Shown here piece after piece: positions 29,546 through 43,745 of a DNA stretch of 64,000 nt. Origin of the DNA: Eledone cirrhosa (Eukaryota). Each line of letters begins with the position of its first letter. Position 1 is the first letter of the stretch. The stretch is taken from positions 67,084,001 through 67,148,000 of the forward strand of contig OZ024744.1 in assembly GCA_964016885.1 (NCBI GenBank), written 5' to 3'. Below the pieces are notes generated by a model. That model ran no database searches, had not been told where the DNA came from, and was given only the letters and a program-made list of their open reading frames with translations. The position numbers and the translations under genes are program-made.

Positions 29546-32500
29546 TGGTGAAGCCGCGCTTCTTATCGCCTCCAGTTCTTTTCAACGTTTTATTTCGTTT
29601 TCAACCGTTCTACACCTTTTATTCAAGTTTTAAATTTGATAAAAGTTTAGAAGTGACCCACCTAATACAGGGGTTCACTCGTAAATAATACGGCACCCCT
29701 TTACGGGGTGTCGTATTCGTATTTGTGTAAAAATATTTTTTTGAAAACAATTTCAACATAGATAACACAAGAAACAGAGATAGCGCTGTCAGACAACACA
29801 GAGAGAGGGCGACTTTATCAGCATGTCAACAAGACAGCGTTCCAGCGGAGGTAAATATAAACGAAAATATTATAAAGGAAAAGAAGATTGTTACAGATTT
29901 AAAATTAACAAATATTTCTAACACAAACAACACCAACAATAACACCAACAACAACACCAACAACAACACCATCAATAACAACAGCAACAACAAAAATAAC
30001 AGCGGTAAGGTCGAGAACGACAATGACAATAACAACAGCCACAACAACAATAATAGTAGGAACAGTATCAACAAAAACAACAATAGTAACAGTCACAATA
30101 ACGGTAACAACAGCAACAAGGAAAACAACAACACCAACAACTGTATCAACAAAAACAACAATAATAACAGCAGCCACAATAACAGTAACAACAGCAACAG
30201 TATCAAAGAAAACAACAACAACAATAACAGCAACAACAGTACCAACGAGAACATCAACAATGACATCAATACCTGTAACAGCGATCTCAGTACCACCAGT
30301 AAGACCAGTAGCGGCAGTAATAGTGGTGCTGCTGAAAAAGGGACCACTTCTTTTGCAGGTGTCGCCCGAAATATCGAGACAGTGTTAGTCACAGAGGAGG
30401 AGATGGCAGTCGCAAAATAGAGTCTCCCTGAAACCTCCACCCGATTTTTTCAAGGACCAGCAGCTACGGACGGTGACTTAGTGCAACGTAAGCAAAATCT
30501 CACATCGGGTGGAGAGAGCCACGGAGGCTCAAATCCAAAAGGCCTTGGGGTGCGTCTGGGCACGCAAAACCCACATCACCCGAGGCAGAAAGTACTCCAC
30601 AGTAGACGTACTTTTCGCCACCCCCCAGGAAGCAAAGTCTCACTCTTTGGAAACCCTAAAGAGTGAGGAGATAGTCTTGGTGCCCTCCTACTGCGGGCAG
30701 AAAATTGTGAGGGTCAAAATGACTCAGGTCCCACCCGACGTGCCCATACCTTGGCTGGCCGCGTCTGTCCTTGCTGGAATCGAGAACAGGACGACCATGT
30801 TGCAAGTAGAAAAAATACGGAGATAGAACTGGTCAGGTATAGGCATGCAAATGCTTATACAAACTGACCAGGAATGTATCGACGCTATCCCCGATATCAT
30901 AGACATCGAGGAAGGACTCCAACTCCCTATAAGTGTAGAAGGAAGACGGCCAAAATGTTATATATGTGGGTCGAAGAGTCACCTCAGGGCCTTTTGCCCG
31001 CAGAAGAGAGCGAAGAAGAAGGCCCCTCTCCTTCCAATACCTGGTCCGCTGCTACCAAGAGCAGGGCAGGCAACAAACGCAGAAGCCCCTTCCACGGTGA
31101 GTAGGAGGGGAACGTCCGTAGCACCCGTACCAAGGCCACGGACAACTAAAGCAGCATCATCAGTGGCGGCAACACCAGTAGCTACTTTTGAAGTAGCTAC
31201 ACCAACAACAAAATTGCCGAAGAGGGCTCCCCTACCACCACCAACAGCCGTGAAGCACATACCCCTCCCAGACGCCACAGAATCCGACATGGAGTTTGAG
31301 GCGGGAGTGAAGTGGAAAACGGTCTGCCACAAAAAACAAAAAAACAAAAAAAAACCCTTAGATTCACCCTCTAAAAGCGAAGGCATACAAAGAGGGGTAA
31401 AGGCAGCAAGGAAACTTGCAGCAACACCACCACCATCACCACCACAAGCACCACTGAAAACAACAACCACACCACCACCAGCATCACCAAAAACACCAAC
31501 AACGCAAACAAAACAAGACACACACACCAAACAGCAACAAGAAGATACAGCAACAAAATCACCCCTCCCCCCCAAAAGTACACAGCCATAAACATGGCCA
31601 AAAAAGAACTCATACAATATATAAAGCAGCACAGAGACATCACAGAAAAAAACTACTACACCCCACCAACACCAAGCACTCTCCCAACAAATATAAGCAT
31701 CATTTAAATCTCAATAGAACAGTACAAACCTTTAAAACAAAAATTCCCCAACGCAGTTGGAGACTTCAGTGGGTCGGTTACCAAAAGGATATACACTGAC
31801 ATCCTTTTGGAAACACCCATGACCAGCGAAAGGGACGGTTCTACTGTCCCTTCACCACACGATCAAGGTAAGTGACCCTTTCTCACTTGCCCCGTTTCTC
31901 ATCCAACATGGCCGTACTCAGAATAGGCAGTATAAATGCACGTGGCCTGGGGTCATCTTGGAAGCAGAGTCACCTGCTCAACAACCTCAGGTCACTAAAC
32001 ATAGATGTAGTGACCATCAGTGAGACCAGAATCTCCGAAGCACAAGCCTTCGCACCGATCTTCGGCGGCTACGATGTATACCCATCTCCCAGCCGTCCAG
32101 GATCGGGGGGGGGGGGGGGGGGTGCCGTCCTTTTTCGGGGAGGCTTGGATCTCGCCATACGGGCCATCTTCCTAGACCCAGAAGGTAAGTCAGTGGTGCT
32201 GGACGTGACCGGCAGCGAAGGCAATGCTTTCAGGCTAGTAGCCGTCTACGCCCCAACAGGGGCAGGACGGCTAGATTTCTTCAGATGTCTAAAGACCTTT
32301 CTTGGAACGTCCCACTCTTTAGTGTTAGTGGGCGACTGGAACGGTATCTTGGATGCACGCTGGGATTGTGTGGGGCTAGTGGATAGGGGAGGAGGGTGCA
32401 AGAGCCTCACCAACCTGCTCAGACGTTTTGAACTGTCTGACAGGTATCGACTGGATCACCCGAATGTGCCAATGTGGACATGGGCAAACCGCATCGGGTC

Positions 32501-35500
32501 ATCCAGATCGTATCTCGATAGGGTATTCTGCAGAAAACTAGATAAGGCTAGTATAAGTTGTCCACAATTTAAAATAGTCGACTACACAGGCCACAAATTT
32601 GTTATCTGTGAGATCGACATAGACAGACTTCATAGACAAGGGCCTGGTTACTGGAAGCTGAACGTGTCTTTCCCGGCGCGCCAAGCCTAGAGAGACCGGA
32701 TTAGCATATTAGTTAAGCGGGCATTGACGGGAGCGGTCGTCAACAACAGGAAGTGGTTCGCACTGAAAAGGGTAATTAAAGTAGAGTCGATTAGGTTTAG
32801 CAAAGGACTAGTGATAGAGGAAAGTAGAGTAGAGGAAGAGTTAGTCAGAAAGCTAGAAGAGGCATTAAGGACAGGCATCGCAACCGACGTGGTTGCGGAG
32901 AGATTGGCACTCGACCAATTCTTCAACGCAAAATACGAAGGCTGCGTTGTCAGAGCTAGAGCCCGTGCTCTGAAACACGAGCGGACAAAAGCCGTCCAAT
33001 GGGCCCGGGTCGCAGAGGCGCGACGTGGAAACAAAGCCACAATTCGGTCTTTGTCTGACCAAAACGGGTGCGTGATGCTCGAACCCGAGCGGATGTGTGA
33101 AGCTTTTCAGCAGCACTTTGCTGAACTGTTCGGGAGCAGCGGCGTGCCGGATCGGGGCATGGACTTCAGTGCATACCTCGACAGACTGCCCCGGCTCTCG
33201 ACGACGCAGCACAGTGTTGCGAAAAGCCAATAACAACCGGTGAAATACGGGAAGCGATGGCTAACTGCATAAGGGGTAAATCGCCAGGTTTGGAAGGTCT
33301 GCCCTACGAGCTTTATGCATTTATGCCAACTTGCTCGGTAACCTCTTGGCAGACGTCTACTGCAACTGGCAGCAGAACGAGAGCATTGCCAGTTTTGTGA
33401 GCCGGGGAGCAGTGACGCTGCTGAGAAAAGACCCTAACAAGGTAGATGTTATCGATAATTTCAGGCCCATAACCCTGCTAAACGCAGATTTCAAGATTTT
33501 GGCCAAGGTGTTAGCAACGAGGTTGGTGCTTGTCGTCAAGGGTCTGGTGGGAGAGGCGCAGACATGGGCCATTCCGGACAGATCCATCCACGACAACCTC
33601 CACCTCGTGCGATACATCATAGAGAGGGTGGTTAAGGAACCTGGCACGGGTGGGGCCCTGATCAACTGGTTTCGGGCCCGTTTTCAGGGGTTGGATCGCA
33701 ACGATGTACAGCGATATCTGCTCAGTTGTGAGGGTGAACGGTCACCTGTCGCAGCCGTTCAGCATCATGCGCTCAGTCCGTCAGGGTTGTCCTCTCTCGT
33801 TCCTCTTGTACGTATTGACTCTCGAGCCGTTACTGCACAAACTGGGGGCGATGAGGGGCGTCCCACGCGAACTAGGGTGCGGGAAATCCGAATCGGCTTA
33901 CGCCGACGACATCACCGTGGTGGTGTCGAGCACTAGACACGTCCAGATGCTCGGCACCGCTCTCAAGGAATACGAAGCGGTGACAGGAGCAAAGTTAAAA
34001 CAGGAAACGTCGGTGGGCTTGCAGCTCGGCACCTGGAGAGGAAAGTCCATGCCGCCCGACAGCATCGTGGGGCGTTGGACGGAAGGACCGGTTAAATTGA
34101 TCGGGGTTTGGTTCGGACCGGACCTCCAGATGGAGAAAAACTGGAACGAGGTGACGAGCAGGGTGGCCTCCCTCACCCAGAAATGGGCCGAGAGGAAGCT
34201 GTCCCTGAAAGGCCGGCGGAGGTGGTGAATGCGTACATCGCATCCGTCATCTGCTACCGCCACACCGTCGTCCCTTGCTCCAGCACAACTCTCACCAAAA
34301 TGGAGCGCCTCCTCTTCCGCTTTTCGTGGAAGGGATGCGCTTCCATGGTCAGACGATCCATTTGCTGTCAACACCCGTTGCATGGAGGACTGGGCATACC
34401 ATGGCTGATGATGCGCAAACATGCGCTGAGGCTGCGACATCTTTGGTGCTTCCTTGACGGTGAACAGAACAGGTGTGGTAGTCGTTCGCCAGGCACGTTT
34501 TCCCACAGCTCGTCTCCTTGACGGAGCTGCAGTCCTGGGTCAGAAAAAGACCGAGGGATAGCGCTTGGAAACTGGAATGTCTCCAGGCGCTCACTGCCTT
34601 CTGCCAGCTGGGCACCAGTATCGGTGGAACATCCACCTCGGCATTCTATAGAGGACTAGTGGAGGGGAAGAGCGACGACATTCTCGGAGAGATCCTGGGC
34701 GTCGAAGAAGATCAGCCGTTTGCTCTCTTCCGGACAACTTTCAGCCCGGGGCCTATGAATAACTTCCAAAAATCCCTGGCCTTGCAGTGTTACCGGGGAG
34801 CGCTGCCGGTTCGAGATAAGCTCTACAGGCACGGAAGTGCCGTCAGCCGAGCCTGTCCGAGATGCGCGCAGAGCGACGAAACCGTCGTGCACGCACTAGT
34901 TCAGTGCCCGAGCATTGCTGACTTGTGGAGCTATGTCGAACAGTTGCTGTCGCGTGTAGGACTGATCCGGTTATCGACTGAGTCCATTGTGCAGATGGTC
35001 TCGCCGTCTTCCTTCGAGGAGGAAGGGCAGGCGGTTTTCATCTGCCTTGTGGCCATGGCGAAAGAGATTGTGTGGTGGACAAGGTTAAAAGGGTTAAAGA
35101 CAGACACTTTCCTCTTCGGCGAATCTCTGATTAACTTTTTCAAGTTTAACTTGAAGAGGAAAATCAGGGTGGAGAGGCAAGTGCTGCTTTCTAGCAAGTT
35201 TGTTGAAAGGTGGGTGAATGTAGCGAGAATGGTCCGAGTGAACGGGACCGCTCTGAATATACGTCTGTAGTTTGAGAAATGGAAAAATTGAGAGAGGGCG
35301 CTTGCCCTGGTGGTCCGGGTGGCCGTGGTCTCTTGTGTGGTTTTCGCCACGAGTAACCCTCGGAGGTTTCCCCCCTATTGGGGAATTTTTCATTGTTTCA
35401 ATTTTCATTTTATTGTTTATATATATATATATGCTTCTATATCTTTTTTTTTCTTTTCTTATATAAATAATAAAAATCTTTACACGCACAAAACCCACAT

Positions 35501-35573
35501 CGTACCGTCCTGTACCTTTCTGTGCCGTCTGTAATGTTTTTCTTGATGTCAGCCCTTGTGGCCAATAAAGAAA

Positions 35574-35620
<47 letters not shown>
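29546..35620 (+). mobile_element. Tx1/L1-like LINE copy C, near full-length, head-to-tail after copy B
   Basis: 5'UTR with a hairpin at 29686-29716. ORF1 29823-31875 (Asn-rich N-terminus, CYICGSKSHLRAFC). ORF2 31908-35270 (APE-RT-CCHC), frameshifted, with the LD..KAFD motif deleted at ~33668. AATAAA plus (TTA)n tail. Confidence 0.93.
31908..35270 (+). pseudogene. ORF2 (APE endonuclease-RT-zinc knuckle) of copy C, fragmented
   Basis: Consecutive ORFs 31872-32690, 32724-33233, 33331-33936, 33704-34228 and 34518-35270. Confidence 0.9.
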
Positions 35621-35623
35621 ATA

Positions 35624-35810
35624 AGGGCGGTGAATTGGCAGTATCGGTAGAGGGTCGGACATGCTTTCCAGCATAGTTACGTCCCTTTATGATCTGAGTT
35701 CAAATCCGGCCGAGGTTAACTTTGCCTTTCATCCTTACGGGGTCGATAAAATAAAGTACCAGTAATGTACTGGTTAATTGCTGGCCTTGTGCCTAAAGTA
35801 GAAAAATAAA

Positions 35811-35855
<45 letters not shown>
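35624..35855 (+). mobile_element. Complete tRNA-derived SINE with (TTA)n tail
   Basis: A-box-like tggcagtatcgg and B-box-like gagttcaaatcc. Inserted in the (TTA)n tail of LINE copy C. Confidence 0.9.
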
Positions 35856-36099
35856 TTAATTTTTTTTTGTTCCTAATAGACAAAGTTCACCTCAGCAGAA
35901 TTGGAACAAGTGTGGAAGGTGATATCACTAGATGCTAGTAGGCAATTAGACTGGTGCCCTGGCCATTTCTGCCACTTCACTGCTCTGATAACATCAAATG
36001 TTAACAGAATAGTGGACCGAAGAAGATGAAAGATGAAAGAATGCTTGCCTCTCAAATGATGAGATGACGCATGATGTTAGATGTGTAGATGATGCTGAC

Positions 36100-36115
36100 T
36101 CTGATGATGATGTGA

Positions 36116-36155
<40 letters not shown>

Positions 36156-38960
36156 GCGGTTGTTGTTGTTGCTGCTGCAATAGGATGATGTATGGCAGAT
36201 CTGTACGAGTTAGGACAATATGATAAAATAAATTCAAACAAGGTGATGTCGATAAGGATGTTGTTGTTTTTGGTGGTGGTGTTGTTGTTGGTGGTGGTGG
36301 TGGTGTTGGTGGTGATGGTGGTGATGGTGTTGGTGATGGTGGTGTTGGTGGTGATGGTGGTGATGGTGTTGGTGATGGTGGTGTTGGTGGTGATGGTGGT
36401 GATGGTGTTGGTGGTGATGGTGGTGATGGTGTTGGTGGTGATGGTGGTGGTGTTGGTGGTGTTGGTGGTGATGGTGGTGATGGTGTTGGTGATGGTGGTG
36501 TTGGTGGTGATGGTGGTGATGGTGTTGGTGGTGATGGTGGTGATGGTGTTGGTGATGATGGTGTTGGTGTTGGTGGTGGTGTTGTTGTTGGTGGTGGTGG
36601 TGGTGGTGTTGGTGGTGATGGTGGTGATGGTGTTGGTGATGGTGGTGTTGGTGGTGATGGTGGTGATGGTGTTGGTGATGGTGGTGTTGGTGGTGATGGT
36701 GGTGTTGGTGGTGATGGTGGTGATGGTGTTGGTGATGGTGGTGTTGGTGGTGATGGTGGTGATGGTGTTGGTGATGGTGGTGTTGGTGGTGATGGTGGTG
36801 ATGGTGTTGGTGGTGGTGGTGTTGGTGATGGTGGTGTTGGTGGTGATGGTGGTGATGGTGTTGGTGGTGATGGTGGTGATGGTGTTGGTAGTGATGGTGG
36901 TGGTGTTGGTGGTGATGGTGGTGATGGTGTTGTTGGTGGTGGTGGTGTTGGTGGTGATGGTGGTGATGGTGTTGGTGATGGTGGTGTTGGTGGTGATGGT
37001 GTTGGAGGTGATGGTGGTGATGGTGTTGTTGGTGATGGTGTTGGTGTTGGTGGTGATGGTGGTGATGGTGCTGTTTGTGGTGGTGGTGTTGGCGGTGATG
37101 GTGGTGATGGTGTTGGTGATGATGGTGGTGGTGTTGGTGGTGATGGTGGTGATGGTGTTGGTGATGGTGGTGTTGGTGGTGATGGTGTTGGTGGTGATGG
37201 TGGTGATGGTGTTGGTGATGATGGTGGTGGTGTTGGTGGTGATGGTGGTGATGGTGTTGGTGATGGTGGTGTTGGTGGTGATGGTGTTGGTGGTGATGGT
37301 GGTGATGGTGTTGGTGATGATGGTGGTGGTGTTGGTGGTGATGGTGGTGATGGTGTTGTTGGTGGTGGTGGTGTTGTTGGTGATGGTGGTGATGGTGTTG
37401 GTGATGGTGGTGTTGGTGGTGAAGGTGGTGATGGTGATGGTGGTGATGGTGTTGGTGGTATTGGTGATGGTGGTGATGGTGGTGGTGGTGGTGATGGTGG
37501 TGTTGGTGGTGGTGGTGTTAGTGGTGATGGTGGTGTTGGTGGTGTTGGTGGTGATGGTGGTGTTGTTGTTGGTGGTGTTAGTGGTGATGGTGTTGGTGGT
37601 GGTGTTAGTGGTGATGGTGTTGGTGGTGGTGTTAGTGGTGATGGTGGTGTTGGTGGTGGTGGTGGTGGTGGTGGTGGTGGTGATGGTGGTGTTGTTGTTG
37701 GTGGTGTTAGTGGTGATGGTGTTGGTGGTGGTGTTAGTGGTGATGGTGTTGGTGGTGGTGTTAGTGGTGATGGTGGTGTTGTTGGTGGTGGTGGTGGTGG
37801 TGGTGGTGGTGGTGGTGGTGATGCTGGTGTTGGTGATGGTGGTGGTGGTGTTGGTGGTGATGGTGTGGTGGTGTTGGTGGTGATGGTTGTGGTGGTGTTG
37901 GTGGTGATGGTGGTGGTGATGGTGGTGGTGATGGTGGTGATGGTGGTGTTGTTGTTGGTGGTGGTGGTGTTGGTGGTGGTGGAGGCAGCAACGGTGAAAA
38001 TGGTGGTGGAGGCTGATGGTATTGGTGAAGGAGGTTGGTGGGTGGTGTGCCAGAATGATGACCTTGAGATTGTGAGACGACAACAATGCACGTCATGATG
38101 TGCATTAAAGGTGTTAAGAGACATGTTGGTGATGATGACGATGATGGTGGTGGTGGTGGTGGTGATGATGATGATGGTGGTGGTGGTGGTGGTGATGATG
38201 GTGATGGTGGTGGTGGTGATGGTGGTGATGGTGGTGATGGTGATGATGATGATGATGATGGTGGTGGTGATGGTGGTGATGGTGATGATGATGGTGGTGG
38301 TGATGGTGATGACGATGATGGTGATGGTGGTGATAATGATGTTGAATACGACGATGATGATGATGATGATGATGGTGATGGTGGTGGTGATGATCGTGGT
38401 GCTGGTGGTGGTGATGATGATGATGATGATGGTGGTGATGGTGGTGATGGTGATGATGATGATGAAGATGGTGATGGTGATGGTGATGGTGATGACGGTG
38501 GTGGAGATGGTGGTGATAATGATGTTGAATACGATGATGATGGCGATGATGATGACGATGGTGGTGGTGATGGTGAGGCGAATAATGGAGATGATGGGGG
38601 AAGAAAAGGAGAAGGAGGGATAAGAGGAGGATGATTATGATGTTGATGATTATGACGATGGTGATGATCATCATCGTCATCAACATCCTCATCCTCCTCC
38701 TCACCATCATCATCATCATTATCATCATCATATTCATCATCATCATCATCATCATCGTCATCATCGTCATCATCATATTTATCATCATAATCATCATCAT
38801 TATTATCGTCATATTCATCATCATCATCATCATCGTCATCATCATTATTATCGTCATATTCATCATCATCATCATTATCGTCCTCATCATCGCCATCATG
38901 ATGGAGAAGAGGGGGATGATGGTGGTGATTAATGATAGAGATGATAGTGACGATAAGAGA

Positions 38961-39005
<45 letters not shown>

Positions 39006-39065
39006 AACAGAAAAGATGATAGTGATGATGATAATGGATACATCGGTGATGATGGTGATGAAGAT
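36100..39065. repeat. 3-kb degenerate trinucleotide tract (GTT/GGT/GAT) with an internal CAT-strand block
   Basis: Read directly. Higher-order units of ~33-36 bp; ~183-bp duplication marked by gatgttgaatacga at 38338 and 38521. Confidence 0.95.
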
Positions 39066-39729
39066 AATGGAGAGATATCTATATATGGCTTTGAAGTTCT
39101 AATTTAGTCTGTGCCATTCCACCAGCCATCTTGAGATAAATATTGATTGATTTCCATTCTTTGTTGTGTTATTCTCTGCTATTAGTATCTTACGAGAAGA
39201 AGCAGCATCATTGAAACCATTCTTGGCTATTTGCTGTTACAAAGTATGATTTAGTAATAGCCATTTGCTAGCACTGCTCTAATTAATTTAATTAAAATTA
39301 AATTAATTAATTTTTAATATCACTGTTTTTGTAAGGCAATAAGACCATTTTATGTAAATAGTGTTAAGTTTGTCATAAGGTTTTATAAGTACTTTTTTCC
39401 CCTTAGGGTCCCCGAAAATTTTGTTGATGGGTCAGGAGATTGTTTGTTTGTAGACCATAGCGCTTCACTTTCAACAGTCCACCGAGTGGTAAATAGATAC
39501 CAAGGTGTAAATATGTAAATATGTATGCTGTCTATGAAATATTTACAGCTTGTGCAGGGTCGGATTTAGCCGTTGGGGAATAGGGGTTACTTTAGGTGTG
39601 GGTGTCGGGTCATACACAAACAAACAAAAATTAGAATAAACAGCAAACTTCGAATTTTACATATCAAAAAGTCGGTTTGGAGAAGGTAATTGGAATCTAA
39701 AAGTTGTACATATAGGTATAAATTTAAAA

Positions 39730-40615
39730 ATTTAAAAACCTTAAATTAAACAACGTTCAACACTCACTAAAATGGGATATCGTGGCTAGGGCCCAACCGT
39801 TCAATGGACGAAGAAAATCTTGTGATCTCTGAATTACAGAAGCATATTATATAACTCTATCACGACCTCTACCGATTAACGATAGAACGGAGATAACTAT
39901 TAGCTGTCAACATCGAAGGGCTAATTCCTTCGCCAATAGAATATTTGACCCAACTTAGTCATCTAGCCCCATTTTTACTTGTAGCTAATAACTTAAATAG
40001 CTATGAACAACTTAGATAATTATAAGTTACCTCCCCTACATTGTCTCTCAATTAAAACATTTTAAAATTAGCACTTAACTATAAATACCCACAATTTCTA
40101 ATCTCTAGAGGAGTTACTTCCCCTGAAACCACCCTCTAATTAGTAAGGTAAATATGTCCTTTGGCAGCCATCTTGTTATCCATAGGCAGATCTCACACAA
40201 TGCAGCCTCGACAGATGAATACTGCTTGATTATGGCTGACAACTGATGCAACAAAGACACCATAGTGAAAAACCAATATATGGAACATTATATTATGTAA
40301 CATTCTCTCATTATTTTAATTTATATTCCTTTGAAGTTCTGATGAGCCGCTCTGTCTTTTAAATATGTTAATTGTTTTCAACTGAACCAGATCAATTATG
40401 ATATATAGTCATCTGATCCAGAAATATTATATGGAGTAGCGAAACAATTGTAAACGGACATTACATTACATTATTATTATTATTATTATTCTCTACATTC
40501 CTTACATCAAACTAAAATATGTTGACAATCTTTTAATAATGTCTTCCTTGTGAAATTTGTGGTCTTGTTTTGCTTAACTAACGAATATATATATATATAT
40601 ATATGTATATATATG

Positions 40616-40668
<53 letters not shown>

Positions 40669-40741
40669 GTATATCAAGCATTAATATATTCCTTCCATAT
40701 ACTGCACTGATTGTGTTGTTATTTCTGTTTACCTTTTACAA

Positions 40742-40745
<4 letters not shown>
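39730..40745 (+). mobile_element. PLE 3' end (GIY-YIG C-terminus plus pLTR with HHR at 40336-40455)
   Basis: Translation LKLNNVQHSLKWDIVARAQPFNGRRKSCDL*...INDRTEI.ISCQHR matches the 52020 PLE C-terminus. gtt-CTGATGA(40339)-long stem II-GAAA(40441)-caattg-TA-aac. The tail recurs at 58888-58918. Confidence 0.8.
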
Positions 40746-40817
<72 letters not shown>

Positions 40818-41152
40818 ACATATATATATATATATATACCATTTATATTGGATGTTATAGCTAATGTGTAGATCTAGTCATTCCGATTAGCAGATCGTGA
40901 CACATTAAGAAAAATCACTCAACGTTGTGCGTATCATCCATCATAGATGAGATATCTCGTGTCGTGTTTGGTGCAGGAACAGAGTTAAATACTCCAATGA
41001 AACGGGAACGGATTTAAAATATTCCTTTAATGTTGCATAAAATCATTTAAAATCTTTTATGTTAATTATACCCGTTGACGTTACCAGATGCTTTGCCTCA
41101 TGATGTGCTGGCGTAAACCGGTCATGGAAATACGCATTGTATATGTATATAC

Positions 41153-41877
<725 letters not shown>

Positions 41878-42438
41878 AATGTAAGAACATATAATTACAA
41901 AAGTTAGCATATCAAGATTTAATAAGAACTTCAAATACAAATACCTGGCATTAATTATTTATACTTATTTATAGGGCGGTGGATTGGCAGTATCGGTAGA
42001 GAGTCGGACGCCATGCTTTGCAGAAAAGCGTTACGGCCCTTTATAGTCTGAGTTCAAATCCCGCCGAGGTTAACTTTGCCTTTCAACCTTACGGGTTCGA
42101 TAAAATAAAGTACACTGGGATAATTGCTGGCCTTGTGCCAAAAGTAGAAACAATTAATTATTTATATTCTTTCATACATATTCCATTATTACTTTAGAAA
42201 TATGATTCACCATTAATTAGGGGTGTTCAATAGTCAATTCTGGATCATATATATATATGATCCAGAATTGACTATTGAACACCCCTAATTAATGGTGAAT
42301 CATATTTCTAAAGTAATAATGGAATATGTATGAAAGAGTATAAATAATTATTTGAAGTTCTTGTTAAATCTTGATATGCTAACTTTAGTAATTATATGAT
42401 CTTACATTTTTTACAAATTATCTCCTGTTAATGTTTGA
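41878..42438. mobile_element. Fold-back element centred on (AT)6, with a SINE (41973-42155) in the left arm
   Basis: Arms 41878-42246 and 42259-42438 are reverse complements apart from the SINE and a short indel. A diverged direct copy lies at 44240-44432. Confidence 0.75.
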
Positions 42439-43745
42439 TTGGGTCACCGATCCACCCGCTGGCCATCCGCTCCACCATCAGATCCAGGCTTCAACAACTC
42501 CAGACTCTCACGAGCCGACTGGGCTTGATTGACGGCCACCCAGCTCTCTTTCTGCTGAGGAACTGCTTCGCCATGCCGAAGCTACTCTATACCCTCCGCA
42601 GCACTTCGTGCTACACCCAGACATCGCTCCTCGCTGACTTCGATACATATATCCAAGCAGCAGCCGAGGAGATATGCAACGTCAAGTTTGACCAGATAGG
42701 GTGGCAACAGGCCACTTTACCTGTCAGGTATGGCGGCCTTGGGCTCCGGTCCCCGATCTCACTAGCTTTGCCGGTGTATCTTTCGTCGGTAACCTCGTGC
42801 CGCGTCCTCGTCAGCAGGGTTCTTCAAAACACAACAGAACCCTCTGTGTTCAGAGAACGTGAGGCCGCCTGTGAGACGTGGGTCCGGCTGGGACTTAACC
42901 CAGTAGACGTCCCTCCTCCTTTTCCCCCTGTTGACGTCAAGTCCCCCCAACGCACTTGGGGTGCCATCCAGTGCAACCTGACCTCAGACAGGCTCACGCG
43001 CCAGCTCGACCAGCACCGCCTTGCTTGTTTTCGTGCGGCCTCCAAACCCAACAGTGGTGCCTGGCTCCATGCCCTGCCCCCCTTCTCCACTGGCACGCAG
43101 CTAGACAACCATAGCCTGCGCATCGACGTTTCCCTGAGGCTCGGCCTCCGGATCTGCCAGCCACACCAATGTCGCTGCGGTTCCACCGTCGACTCTTTCG
43201 GCCTCCACCCGCTTTCCTGTCGCCACAGTGTCGGCCGCATTCCACGCCATGCTGTCCTCAACGAGGTCATTAAGCATGACTTGGACACTGCAGGCTTCCC
43301 TTCCCAGCTCGAGCCGGTGGGGCTGGATCGAGGGGACGTCAAAAGGCCAGATGGCATGACCATCTTCCCGTTCCGCGGTGGCAAACACCTCGTCTGGGAT
43401 GCCACTTGCACCGACACTTTCTGCAGCCTCAACCTGGTGCAGTCTGCGACTGACCCAGGTTCTGCTGCACGTCGGGCTGAGGGGGCCAAACTCCTCAAAT
43501 ACCGGTCGCTCCCCGACAGGTTTGCGGTCGTACCCCTAGCAGTGGAGACTTCTGGTGTCCTCGGCCCCAGGGCTACCTCCTTACTCACCACCATAGGTGC
43601 TGAGCTGGCCAGCCGCAGGTGTGAGCCCCACGAGTTGGAGTGGCTTTTCCAGCGCGTCTCTCTTGCCGTCCTCCGGGGAAACGCCTTCCCCATTCTGTCC
43701 GCCGGGGCTGTGGGTGGGCCCCATCGCGTATCATTTTTGTAAACA
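42439..43745 (+). mobile_element. CRE-like RLE non-LTR retrotransposon, 5'-truncated (post-RT, CCHC and RLE domains; open ORF 42435-43742)
   Basis: ATLPVRYGGLGLR; C.CG....HPLSC....R..RH..LN; KRPDG....F..G..LVWDATCTDT; K..KY; VPLAVETSG.LG; FQRVSLAVLRGNA. Confidence 0.88.

Noticed and set aside
35624-35712. tRNA gene suggested by A/B boxes (also 60340-60410)
   Set aside because: No cloverleaf; these are SINE heads.
36052-38634. 690/669/563-aa extensin- or mucin-like ORFs and a 182-aa D/G-rich biomineral-protein-like ORF
   Set aside because: GGT/GAT/GTT repeats are stop-free in several frames on both strands. There is no signal peptide or splice evidence.
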